A stretch of 45,250 bases of DNA from Rhizaria sp. SCN 62-66 (lineage: Eukaryota). Under the pieces are notes generated by a model that had not been told where the DNA came from, searched no databases, and saw nothing but the letters and a program-made list of their open reading frames with translations. Below are positions 11,001 to 23,000 of this stretch, in pieces. The stretch covers positions 62,001-107,250 of the forward strand of contig MEDY01000072.1 of NCBI GenBank assembly GCA_001724265.1, read 5' to 3'. The translations under genes and the position numbers were made by a program. The first letter of the stretch is position 1, and each line of letters begins with the position of its first letter.

Positions 11001-14000
11001 TCGCTTCAGCGTTCGCGGCATGCTCAGGCTCAGGCTGCTCCTCCTCTGCAAAGGCGCCCAGGCCGCCAAAGCCGCGCGGGCGGTTCTGCTGCTGGCGGGC
11101 GTAGAGGCTATTAAAGGCCGACTCGGCGTCTACGTGCGTACTGCCGCGCGGTGTGTCTCCGCGGGGTCCTTCGCCGCTCGAGAGACCGGGCGAGCGGGGC
11201 GCGCTGGGCGTCGGCGGCCGCGCCAGCGACTCCGCGCCGGGCGGCATCAGCTGCGCGGCAGCACTTCCGGCGGCGGTTCTGGACGCTCTATCGACCACGA
11301 GGCGCTGCGGCCGGCGGGCAGACTCCTCCGTCCACTCGAGCTTCGCGCGGCCCGCCGCAGCCGCAGCGACCGCGGCGGCGCCGCCTGAGCCCACGAGCGG
11401 GGTGCGCAGCACGCCCGCCGCGCGGCGGCCTCTCGGCGCTGGGCTGCCGACCGCCGCGGCGGCCGGGGGAGCGAGCGTGGTCACAGCCCAGCGGCGGAAG
11501 GCCTCGATGCGCTCGGCGACTGCGGGCGCACGCGCAGGCGGGCCCATGGCGCGCGCGGCCGCGGCGGACGACGGCAGCGGCGCGAGCGGCAGCGCGGCGG
11601 CGCGGATGACCTTGGTGAGCAGTGCGAGCGGCGAGAAAGCCGCCAGTGCGTCGGCCGCGATGAGCGTGTTGGCCACAGCGTTGGCGTTGGCAGTGTGCGC
11701 CGCCAGCAAGGGCAGCAACGCCTGCTGCGCCGCGCGGTGGCGTGCTGCCGTCCACAGCGGCGACCACTGCGAGCTCACGGAGCTCACGGTGGGGATCGGC
11801 GTGGCGCTGCCAGCGACCGGCGTCTGCGCAGCCGCCGGCGCAGGCAGCGGCGACGCGGGTGCGGACGGCGCGGCGGACGGCGGGGAAACGGTGTCGGGGC
11901 CCGAGGGCGGGGCGAAGAACCCCGCGGAGTCGGGCGCCGGCAGCGTCGGCGTCGCGGCCGACAAAAGCTGCGGTGACAAGCCTGGCGCAGCGGGCGCCGC
12001 ACCCGACGTCCCGTGAGTCGACAGCAGCAGCGGCCCCGCCCCTGGCGCTGTGGCAAAGACGGGCGTGGGGGAGCCGAACCCAGGGGTGCCCAGCGCGGGC
12101 GTGTGCGAGGGCGAGGGGATGCGCGACCCCGCGGCAGAGCCCGCCGCCGAGGGCGCAATCGAGGCGTGGGCGGCGCGGCGCGGGATGCGCGGCGCGGGGA
12201 ACGCGCGCGTGATGGCCGAGAAGAGCGCCCGCTGCAGAGCGCGGAAACGAAGGCGCGCGGCGGTGCGCGCGAGCAGCGCTGTGTTCTCAGCGGCGCGCAC
12301 GCGCATAACTGTGAGTACGCCCGCGCACAGCCCCACAGCGCGGCGCGCGGCGCGCACGGTGACCTTAACGGTATGCGCGAGCGCGGCCGACAGCGGCGCC
12401 GAGGTCGAGGGCGACGCAAGCACCACCAACGCGGCGCCGCCGGGCGTGTTGGCAGCGGCGACCTCGCGCGCGCGCAGGGCCAAGTGGATCGCGTGCAGAG
12501 CGGCGGCCAGTGGCGCGGCGAGGCGCACGTACACGGCCCAGGCCTGTGGCAGCACGGCGGCAGCGTTGAGCGCGGCGGGGCCCAACGGGTCCGAGCCGCA
12601 GAGCGCGTGCAACGTGAGCGCGTCGGGTGTGTCGAACAGTTCCGCGGCCGCCGACGTCGAGGACGCGTCGCGAGCCAGCAAGTCCAGGTGCGAGACCGTG
12701 AGCACGGACGGCAGCAGCGCGCGCAGCGCGGCGGCTTGGTGCGCGGCCGCGTCCCAGGACGGGTTCGCGCCGTTTTGCATCTGCTGCTGGAGCTGCACCG
12801 CCGCCGCAGCGACTGCCTCGGCAGCTGGCGTCGGGGTCGCAGCGGCGGTTGCAGACGTAGACGGGTAGCTACCAAGCAGTGCACCGTTGCTGTCACGGCG
12901 CGCAAGGCTCTCCCTGCGTGCCGCCGCGCGCGCATGCTGTGTCAGCATCGGCATCGCCGAAGAGCCGCGGCGCTCATTGCGGTCAACTAGCTGCGCCGCG
13001 AGCGACTGCTTGCGCTGCTCACGCGCCGCACGCGCCGCCGCAGCCCGCGCCGCCTCATACTCGTCGAGCAGCGCGCTGGGCGCGGGTGTCGGGGCCGCGG
13101 TCATCGCCGCGCTCAGCCCGAGCGGGGTGGCCGCCTCGGCCGTCGGCGTCGCGAGCGCGAGCGCATGCGCCGGGGTCAGCGCGGGCGTGGCCAGCATGCC
13201 GGTGTGCGACTGGCGCGTGTGGGGCTGCTGGTAGGGCTGCAGCGTGTGCGAGGCGGACGGCTGCTGCCGTTGTGACTGTAGCGGCGTAAGCAGCGAGCCC
13301 GAGGACGCCGTCAGCGTGATAGACAATGGAGGAAACCCGAGCTGGTTGTTCAGCGACAGCGCAGTGCCAGCCTGCGGGCTACTAGTGTTCGACTGATCAG
13401 GTGGCGCAGGCGCAGACGCGGAGTTTGTCGTATGCATCATAGACACGGCCTCAGGCGCGCGCAGGGTTGTGGCTACGTTAGCTGCATCCACGGCCTCATC
13501 CCCTTCAGAGCCAGCAGAGCCGAGCACAAAGGGCAGGCGGCGCGCGATGTGCCGCGTCGCGGGCGCGGCAACGTCGTTGGTGGCGGGCAGTGACGGCAGC
13601 GACACCGACCCGGGCACTGGCGACGCCGCGACGCTCAGCCCGCGCCGCAGCGGCGTGGGCGGCGATGACGGCGCCGCGGCCTGCGCCGCAGCGGCCGCGG
13701 CGGCCGCAGCGAGCACCGCGGGCGGCACGGGGTGCAGCGCCGCGCTGGCCGAGACGACCGTGCGCAGCGACTCCAGAATCAGCGGCTCGGCGCAGCCCAG
13801 CAGCGACTGCAGCGACGCGGCAAACACGCCGCTAGCAACCGCAGACGCGCTCGCCGTGCCCGCGGGCGCAGCGCCCTTGCTCTCGGCGCTCTTGCCCTCG
13901 ATGCCAGCCGTCGCAGCGGCGTGCGCAGCGCCGACGGTGATCACCGTGATGGGCGGGGGCGCGAAGCCGGGCACGAGCCGCGGCGGGACGCTCTCCAGGT

Positions 14001-17000
14001 CCGCGGTCGTCACGAACGCACGCGCCGCCGCGGCGGTCACACGCGCGTCCCACACGCAGAAAGTGAGCGCGAGCACAGTTGTGAGCCGCGCAACCTCGGG
14101 CGGCACGCGCACGCAGTGGCCAACGGCCCCGCGGCCGCGCGCGTGCGTCTCCGCGGCGGCCTGCGTCGTGGCCTGCTGCAGGCGCTCGCGCAGCGCGGCC
14201 ACCACGGGCGCGGGCGCAAGCGCGGTGATCGCGGTCGACATGGCGGCCGCGGCGGGCGAGGAGCCGGGCGGGCCGACGGCCGCAAACACGGGCTTGGTCA
14301 GCGAGGCAACAGAGAGCAGCAGCGACGGGTACAGCATCGGGTTCACACGCAGCGCGCGCGCACTGCCGCTCGCTGACGCGACGGGCGCGGACGGCGCGGC
14401 GGCGAGCGTCTTGGACACCGCCTCGGCGCCAAGGCCCTGGCCAACGCCTGGCGCGGCGGCAGCGGTCGCCAATAGACGCAGCGACGGGTGCAGCTGCGAC
14501 AGCGAAGGCGCGCGCACAAAACTGGGCATCGCGTCAATCGAGCCCACCCGCGACGCGCGCGGCCGCGTCACGCGCAGCGACGGGCTCCCGGTGTCGTGCT
14601 CGTGCGCGTCAGCAGCGTGGTGGTGGTAATGCGCAGTGTTGCCGCCGTTTACTGCCGCGACCAGCGCGTCCATGCCCGTCGCGGGCGACAGTAGCGCGTG
14701 GCCCGAGGCCGTGTCGACAACGAAGGGCGTCACCGAGGTCATCGCCAGCGGCTCGCGCGAACTGCGTAGCCGGTTCAGCCGCTCCAGGTGCAGCCGCGAG
14801 TGCTCTGGCAGCGAGCCCGCAAGCGCAGGGATGTCGAGCAGTCCCGCGGCAGCGCGCGCCAGGGCTTCACGACGTGCACGGCGGGCGGCGCGGCGGCGCT
14901 CACGGGCCTCGGCGCGCGCGGCGGCGGCAGCGGCAGCAGCGGCCTCTTTCTCGCGCCAGAAGTCGATGAAGCGCGCGGGGTCGTCGGCCATTGCGAGCGC
15001 GGTGGCGTCGTCCGCGTCGGCCTCAGTGGCCCACGCTTCCCACGCCGCCCAGTCCTGCGCGCGGCGCCCGCGAGGGATTGACGTCAGCAGAAAACGCGGC
15101 AGCGGCGGCGCGGTGTCCGGCCGCGCGAGCAAGCGCGCGACGTTGTCCTCCTCGTCCTCTTCCTCCTCTTCATCCTCTTGGTCCTCGTCCTCAGTGTCCT
15201 CGAGGAGCTTGGGCTCCGTCTTGCCGACTCTGCCGACTCTGTCGTCAGCCAGCTCCGGCGGGCGGGGCAACGCTGCGGCGGCGGAGCGCGGCGTCAATGC
15301 AGCGACTGCGGCCGCGTATGCGCGCGCGCGTGCGCGGGGCGTCGTGAGCGTCGGCGTACCTCTCCGGGCTGCCGCGACCGAGGCGGCGGCGAGCTCAGAC
15401 CGCGGGCGCAGCGAACCTGACACCGCGCCACTCGGCGTGGCGGCGGCTGACGGCGGCCTACGCGAGGCGGCGGTATGCGCGTCGGCGGTATCTTCCTCGT
15501 CGTCAGCCTCCGCCACGGCGCCCAGCACCAGCGGCGCGAGCGCGTGTGGCGCAAGCGAGGCCATCGCGGGCCGCAGTGTGAAGGCGAAGTCATCGGACGA
15601 CGCAGACACACCGCCGCTGCTGTTCGCGCTGAGGCTGGCGTTATTACTACTGCTGGTGGTGGTATCGTCGCGGACAGAGTTGCTGTTAGGGCGATTCTTG
15701 TTCGACTCGCTGTCGGAGTCGGAGCCTGAGTCGGAGTTAGAGCTTGTGTCCGAGTCTGACGGAGCGTCGTCCATGGCCCACCCAGCGCCCGCGAGGCCGC
15801 CGGTGTGCACCGTCTTGCCCTTGCCCTTACCCTTCTGCTTGGCGCTCTGTTGCGCGCGTGCAATCTCATCCGCAGCTTCGATGTCCTGGTCGGGCTCGCC
15901 CAGTCGGCGCCAGCGCTCGACGCGCGTCAGGTCCTCAGGCAGCAGCGCCGGGTCCGCCAGCGGGCCGAACCGCGGCGCGTCGCCCGCGCCGTTGCCGCTC
16001 GTGCTGGCGCCACTGCCGCTGAGGACGGAGGTGAGCGCAAGCAGTGAGTCGACGGCGTCGACGCAGCGGTCCTGCGACCACGCAGCGGTCTGTGCCAGCG
16101 CCGCGCGCAGCACCGCAAAGAAACGCAGCAGCCCGGCCACACCCGCGCCCTCGGGCAGCGCCAGCAGCGCCAGCGACGAGCTGGAGCCCAACAGCCCTGC
16201 GCCGGCACCGAAGCCGGCGGTTGGGGTCGCACCGCCGGCGGATAAGGCTGTGGAAGTGCGCTGCCGTGCAAGCAGCGGCGTGCCCATGGGCGTGGCCTCG
16301 GTCACCACGGGGCTCTGCAGGCCGCTAGCGCCGTCACCGAAGCTTCCAGTCTCAGAAACAAATGAGCCTGTAAAGGACGCCGCGGCATCGGCAACAGAGC
16401 CGAGCGTGGCAGCAAGCCCGTCGTCACTGATCCAGTCGCCACCGCCGCCGCGCTTCGCGCGGGGCACGTATCCAACGGCGTCTGTGTGCGCCAGCAGCGT
16501 GGCGTCGGCAGTCAGCGACGCCAATCCGCCTCCGCGCCGCGCCGCAACGGCGTCAGCCGCGCCGCCGCCACCATTATTCTCACTCGCGACATCTGACGCG
16601 GCCTCGGCGTCACGGATCGCGGTCTCTAGCAGCTCGAGCGCGTCTGCGTCGGCCTCGACGACGTGCTCGCTCGACAGCAGCCCCAGGCGCCGCAGCTGCA
16701 GCGTGATGCCCATCACGCGTCGCTCGCGCTCCGCCGCACGCTCCGCAGCCGCGCGCACGCGCTCCTGGCGCCGCTGCTGCGCCGCGCGCATCGCGGCCGC
16801 GCCGGATCCGCGCGCGCTTAGACCGGCGGTCGCGGCCGCAGCGACAGCCGCGGCCTCCGCGGCGTCGGCCTTGGCGTCCGCAGCAGCCTCTGCCTCCGCC
16901 GCCGCATTCGCCGCGTCGATGTCCGCGTCCGAGTCCGAGTCAAGCCCCCACAGGCCGAGGTCGCGCGCAGCGGCCTCGTATCGCGCGTCGACCGAAGACT

Positions 17001-20000
17001 TGCGCACAAGCGCGTTCTTGTCCTGGCCCTTGCCCTTGCCCTTGCCGCGGCCGCGCTTGCGGGGCGAGCCGTCGCTGTTGACGCCGTCGCTGAGGGGGTC
17101 ATGATCGCTATCCTCGTCGCTGAAGGAGTTCGAGCCCGAGTCCGAGTCGGAGCCTGCGGAGTCGGAGCCGGCGCCGCCGTTGCGCGAGCGCCGGGCGCGC
17201 CGCCGCGCCGCGCGCCGCCGCTGCGCCCACGACGAGGCCGACTCGCCGGGCTGCCGCGGCGTCACGCTCCCGTCAACGTCGCTGTCATCACCGTGGCCGC
17301 GCGCGCCGTCGCCCGCGCCAGCGGCGCCGACGGCGTCGAGCTCAGGCAGCGGCGCGCGCGGCAGCGGCGGGAGCCCCCGCAGCGCGCGGCGACGGTTCTC
17401 CTCGGCGACCTCCGCCTGCGCGGCGGCGACAACGTCGCGCAACGAAGGCACGGGCACGCCGCCGACACGTGTGACACCCGCGGCATCGACGGTGACGGCG
17501 GGCAGCGCCGCGACGGCGACCTTGCAGAGCAGCGTGTCGAGAAAGACGATGTAGTCCGTCAAGTCCACGGTCGCCGTCCACAGGTCGGAGATCTCGAACA
17601 GACCGCGCCGGAAGCCCTCGAGCGAGAGCGACAGCGCAGACACTGCAGAGTCGTCCATCGTCGCCGTCACGCCAGCCGTCACTGCCACCTTGGCCGTCGC
17701 GGGCGGCACGGCGGCTGTGGGCGCGGGCAGCGGCAATGCAGCGAACTTCTGCGTTCCGGAAGCGCGTGCATTGATAGTGGCGGTGGCGGCGGCGGCGCGG
17801 GTGCTGCCGCGTGACTCAACGCGCTTGAGAGAACTCGCAAACGACGGCACCGCGGCTGCAGCCGGCGCCGCAGCAGCAGCAGCAGCCGCGGTCGTGACGG
17901 CGGCTACCTTGGCGCGCGCGGCGAGCAGCCTGCGGCCGGGGCTGGGGTCGAGCTCCAGGTCGCGGCGCCAGTCGGCGAGGCAGAGCTGCGCGCCGAGGAC
18001 GGGGGACCAGGCGCGGCCATACAGCGCGCGGGCAATGCGCGCGTGCAGCCACGAGTACTGCGCAAACGACAGCCGCGCGCGGGAGGACGGCGCGGCGTCC
18101 TTGCGTGCGGCCGACACCGCAGACGCGGCCGCAGCGGACGCTGCTGCTGTAACAGCGGGGTCTGCATCAATACTAGAAACAGTCTTTGCAGGCGAGCCCT
18201 TTGCGTTCACGCCTCCGTTGCTCTTGGCCTCGCTGTCGTCGTCGTCGCTGTCTGTGCTGGCCGCCGCGGCAGCAGTGGGGCCCGAGGTCGGGTCAACGTG
18301 CACGCGCAGCAGCAGCCGCAGCGCCTCCGCCTCTGGGTCTTCCTCCTCCGCGCCCTGCGTTGCGCTCGCGGCGCGGCGCGCGGTCGTAGCGGGCAGCGGG
18401 CCGAAGAAGAAGCTCCAGAACCGGTCCAGGCGGCGCCGCAGCAGTGGGTTCTGGTAGAAGAGCCGCCGCAGCCGCACGACCTCGGCCGAGTCGAAGCTCG
18501 CGTCGCCCTGCACGGCGTAAACCGGTCCGCCCGTCAGAATCCCACCGTTGGCGGCCGCCTGCTCCGCGGCCACGGCGGCCGCCAGCGCGGCCACCTCGGT
18601 CGGCTGAGCAGGGCTCGCTGGCGCGGGCGTGGACGGCCTGTGGAGGCGGCACGAGTTCTTGCAGACGTCCGGGTGTGCGCACGCAGAGCCCTTGCCCTTA
18701 CGCGACGCCTTCGCGCCCACGGCGGCGCCGCGGGGCGCCTTGCCGCTGGCGCCGGGCGCGGCGGGCGCGGTGTCGCGACGCGCGCTGAGCCCGCGGCTGT
18801 GACCGTGGCGGTGGCCGACGGCGTGCAGCGGCACCACGGCCGTGAGCTCCTCATGCACAAACATCTCGCGCGCGCGGGCGCGGGCGCGGCGCGCGGCGCG
18901 CAGGCACCACGTCACGCGCGACACGTCGCCGCCCTCGGGCACCTCCGCACTCAGCGGCGGCAAAGAGCCGCGCGCATTCATGCGGGACGACCGCGTCGCG
19001 CTCGCAGCCCCCTCCGTCGCGGCCGCAGCAGATGCGGCGACTGCGGCATCGATCGGCGGCACCTTGGTCGAGATGGCGGAAGACTGCGCCCAGGCCCAGG
19101 CCTCATCCTCGTCCTCGTCGTCCGACAGCGCCAGCGCGGCGGCCTCGCCGTCCGCGCCGGAGAGGGCCGCGGTCGCCCGCAGGGCGCGGCGGCGCTGCGT
19201 CTCCCTGCGCCGACGGCGCTCGGCCGCGTCGCGCGTGCGCGCGCGCTGGCCGACCCACTCGGCGCCGCGCAGCGCCATCTTGGCCGCCTGCTGCCACTGC
19301 GCCTCGCGCGCGCGGGCCGCCGCCAGGTGCGCCGCCGCCTGTGCCGCCTCGGCGGCCGCGTGCTCCGCGGCAACCGCCGCTGCGGCCTCAGCGGCGGTCA
19401 TTGTCGACTCGGCGGGCGGCGACTGCGACGCGGCCGGCACTGCGGCCGTGTTGGCGGCGGCGGCAGCAGCGGCAATTGCGGCCTTGCGTTCGCGCGCAAG
19501 GGCGATCTTAGCCATAGCCTTCGCGAGTGTACGGCTGCCGTCGGCGTCGTCACCCATACTTCTGTTGCTCTTAGTATCGCCGGCGTTGGCTTTGCCGTCA
19601 AGAGCGTGGTCGTCATCGTCGTCGTAGTCGTCGGAGCTCAGCCCGCGGCGGCCGTCCCCATCTGGGTCGTCGGACCCCGGCGGCGCGGCCACAGCGCCCC
19701 CCGCGGCGCGCACTGCGGCGGCGGCGGCGACGGGCGGCAGCGTGCGCAGCTGCTGCGTGCGCATCGCCGCGGGGGACAGCAGCGACGCGCGCGCCAGCGC
19801 CCGCCGCTGTACCGTGGCCTGCTCCAGATCTTGCTCAGGCACGGGCATCGTGCTTCGCGCCGCAAGCTGCCGCGGCTGCTGCTCGCGCGACTGCGACTGC
19901 GTGAGAGAAAGCGCAGCCGCGGCGGCCGCAGGGGCCTGCGGCAGCGGGTGCGGGTCGTCACTGAAGGCCGCCGCCCGTGCCGCAACCAGCGCCGCGCCGT

Positions 20001-23000
20001 CGCGCAGCGCGGGGGCGGCGCGTGCCCCTGCTCCGGCGCCGGCGCCGCTGCCAGCGCCCGCGTCGGCGTCGGGGCCTGTGGAGCCCGACAGCGAGTCGCT
20101 GTCGTCCGCGTCGCTGTCGCCGGTCGCGTCGCCCACGCTCGAGCGGCCATGCTGCGACCGCGCGGCCCGCGAGCGCGCCCGCGCGCCGGGGCTGCTGAGC
20201 GCGCCGAGCCCGTGCTCGGGCCGGTCGCTCTCGGCCGCCACGGCAAAGTCGAGCTTGCGCAGCACGCCCGCCGCGCGGCCGTAGCGCGCGCTGTGGCTGT
20301 CAGCCGCAGCTGCAGCAGCCGCGGCGGCGGCCGCGACGGCTGCGGCAGCCGCGGACGTGGGCGACACGGGCTCATTTACAGGCTTCGCCCGGCGCAAGCG
20401 TGCATCAGTCAGGGCATCAATCGTGTCCGGAGCATCGTCGTCGCTGATGTCAACAGCATCATCCAGAATCGCGGTGCTATTGCCGTTGTTCGTAAGCGTG
20501 TTTGCAGAAGGCGGCACCGCCAGCGCCAGCCCGCCCGGCAGCCGCTGCGTGGCCGTCAGCGTCGCAGTGCCGCTGGGCGCAGCCGCGGTGGCGGCGGCAA
20601 CGGCGGCGGCGTCCGCGGCGTCTGAGGAGCCCGTGAGAAGCCATGGCGAGCTCCACCGCGCGGTGTCAACGAGCCGCGCGTGCGCGCCGGAGCCGTGGGC
20701 GAGAGCGCTGTGGTGGCCGGTCTTGGCGGTCACCGAGCCCGCGCCCGGGGCAGCCGAGGCGACGGCCGCCGCGGCGACGGCAGCAGCAGCCACAGCCGCC
20801 GCGGCGGGAGCGGTGGCCGGCAGCAGCGTGCGCAGCGTGGCACCCAACGCGGCGTGCACCGGCGGCGGACTCGTCGAGGCCAGGAAGGCCACCGCGCCTG
20901 GGGACAGCGCCTGCGCCGCGCCACGACCGTGGCCGTGGCCTTGAGCGAGGCTCTGGTCGTTCCGGCTGCTGCTGCGTCTCGCGCCCGCGCCCCAGCGGCC
21001 GGAGGTGCGCGGGGAGGAGAAGGCGCTGTCACTGTCGCTCTCGCCGCCGCGGAACGCGCCCGCGGCCGAGGCGGCGTCGGCGTGCGCGGCGGCAGCGGCG
21101 GCGGCAACTGCGGCGGCGACCTCTGCCGCTGCGCCGCTCTCCGCGAAGCCGTCGTAGGCGACCGAGAGGCTGCGGCGGCGCGTGAGGTCCCTGGCGCGCG
21201 CCACGATGACGGCCTCGCGGGACTTGTCTGCCTTGGGCGCCAGGAAGTCGCCCGCCTCGCCGCCGTCGTAGTCACCACCGTCGTAAGCGGCATCGCCGTC
21301 GTAGTCGTCGCCGACGCCGCCACCGGGGCTGCGCGGGTCCGGGAATCCCGCGGCCGGCAGCAGCAGCTGGCCGTCCAAGTCGTCCAACACACCTGGCGTC
21401 GACACAGACGGTCTCGCTGGCACTGCTGCTGCGGCGGCGGCGGCGGAGGCTGCGGCGGCCGTGGCGGCAGCGGCGGCGGCGGCCGAGGCGGGAAGCGTGC
21501 TAGGCCGGCGCGACGCGCGCGCCGAGGCGGCCAGCGACCGCGGGCGGCTGCCGACGCGCGGGCCCGCCGACAGCTGCGCGGCGCGCGCCGCCTCATCCTC
21601 GGTCGTGATGTCGCTGCGGTAGGCCGGAAACGCCGCCGCCTGCGCCGCGGCAGTGCGCGGCGTCGGCGCCACGCCGCCGCTGGCAGCGGCGCTCGCGATC
21701 GTAGTCACGTTGGCGGGGGTCGCGGCGGCGGTCTCGGCTCCTGTCGCGGCGCCAGTGTTGATTCTGAGGTTGGTAACGCGGCCGCCGGAAGTCGACGCGG
21801 ACACAGACGCGAGGGCGAACGCCGGCGACTGCGCGCGCGACTGCGACGCCGACTGCGACTGCGAGTCTGAGCCCGAGGAGGCGAATTCAACGTCTTCGTT
21901 GTACGCGCTCAGCGCAGCCTGGGCCGTGAGCCGAGCGCGCGAGCCGCCCGCGGGGCCGCCGCGGACGCCGCCTCTAACACCCGCGCCGTCGCCGTCGAGC
22001 GCGGCCGCAGCGCGCTCGCGGGCCGTGAGCGCCTCGAGCGCAGCCGACAGCAGCGCGGGCGTGGCCAGCACGCGCTCCGCAGCCGCCGCGGCGGAGACGG
22101 GAGTCGCCGCGGCGGCGGCCGTTGCTGGCGTGGACGGCGCTGCTGTCGCGCTCTTGCTACCACTTTCGCTCTCAGCCGCGGCGGCGTTTGCGGCGGCGAG
22201 CGCGCGGGCGGGCACGCGCGGGCGCAGCGGCCGGTGCCTCGCGCCAGTCGAGGGCAAACCGGCCGCAGTGGGCGCACTGGCGGTCCCCGCAGCAGCGCTG
22301 TTGTGCAGCATAAGCGCGGACGCGGCCGTCGACGCTCGGCGCGAGCCCTTGCCCGCGCCGCCGCGCACACCGCCGCGCGCAACGCCGTCGAAGAAAAAGT
22401 ACGAGTGCTCCGCGCCCTCGTCTTCGGCTTCGTCCTCGTCAGCCTCAGTGTCGTTGCCCTCAGAAGGCCCTGGCAGGGCGTTCGCGGGAACGAGGGGTGC
22501 GTTATGGCGCGCGTGAGAGTGCGAGAGCGAATGTGTGGGAATGAGGGGCGCAACGCCGGCGTAAGAGTGCGCCGCACGCATGGCGCGGCGGCCAGCAGAG
22601 CGCTCGCTCTTACTCAGCGCCGAGCCTAGCACATAGCCCCCAGTCAACGACGATGACGACAAGGACGCTCCTGAACGCGCCGCTCCGCCCTTAACACCGG
22701 CACCACGTTGCGCAGTAGCGCCGTCGCCGGCGCTGTCGGCATCGCTGCTGCTGCCGCTGCCGCTGCCGTGCTGCTGCTGCAACTGGAACTGCAGCTGTTG
22801 CAGCTGCAGCGGCGTCAAGGCGCCGCCCGCCGCGGCCTTAGCCTGTGCGAGCGCGCGCGCAATCACATCGTTGTTGCTGCTGCTGGCGTTGCTATTGTTC
22901 GCGATGTTCGAGTGCAGCGTGGCCATGGAGGCCGCGACGTGCGCCCGCAGCGTCCGCGCAAAGGCGCGCGTGCGGCGCGTGATGTCTCCGGCGTGCGCGC

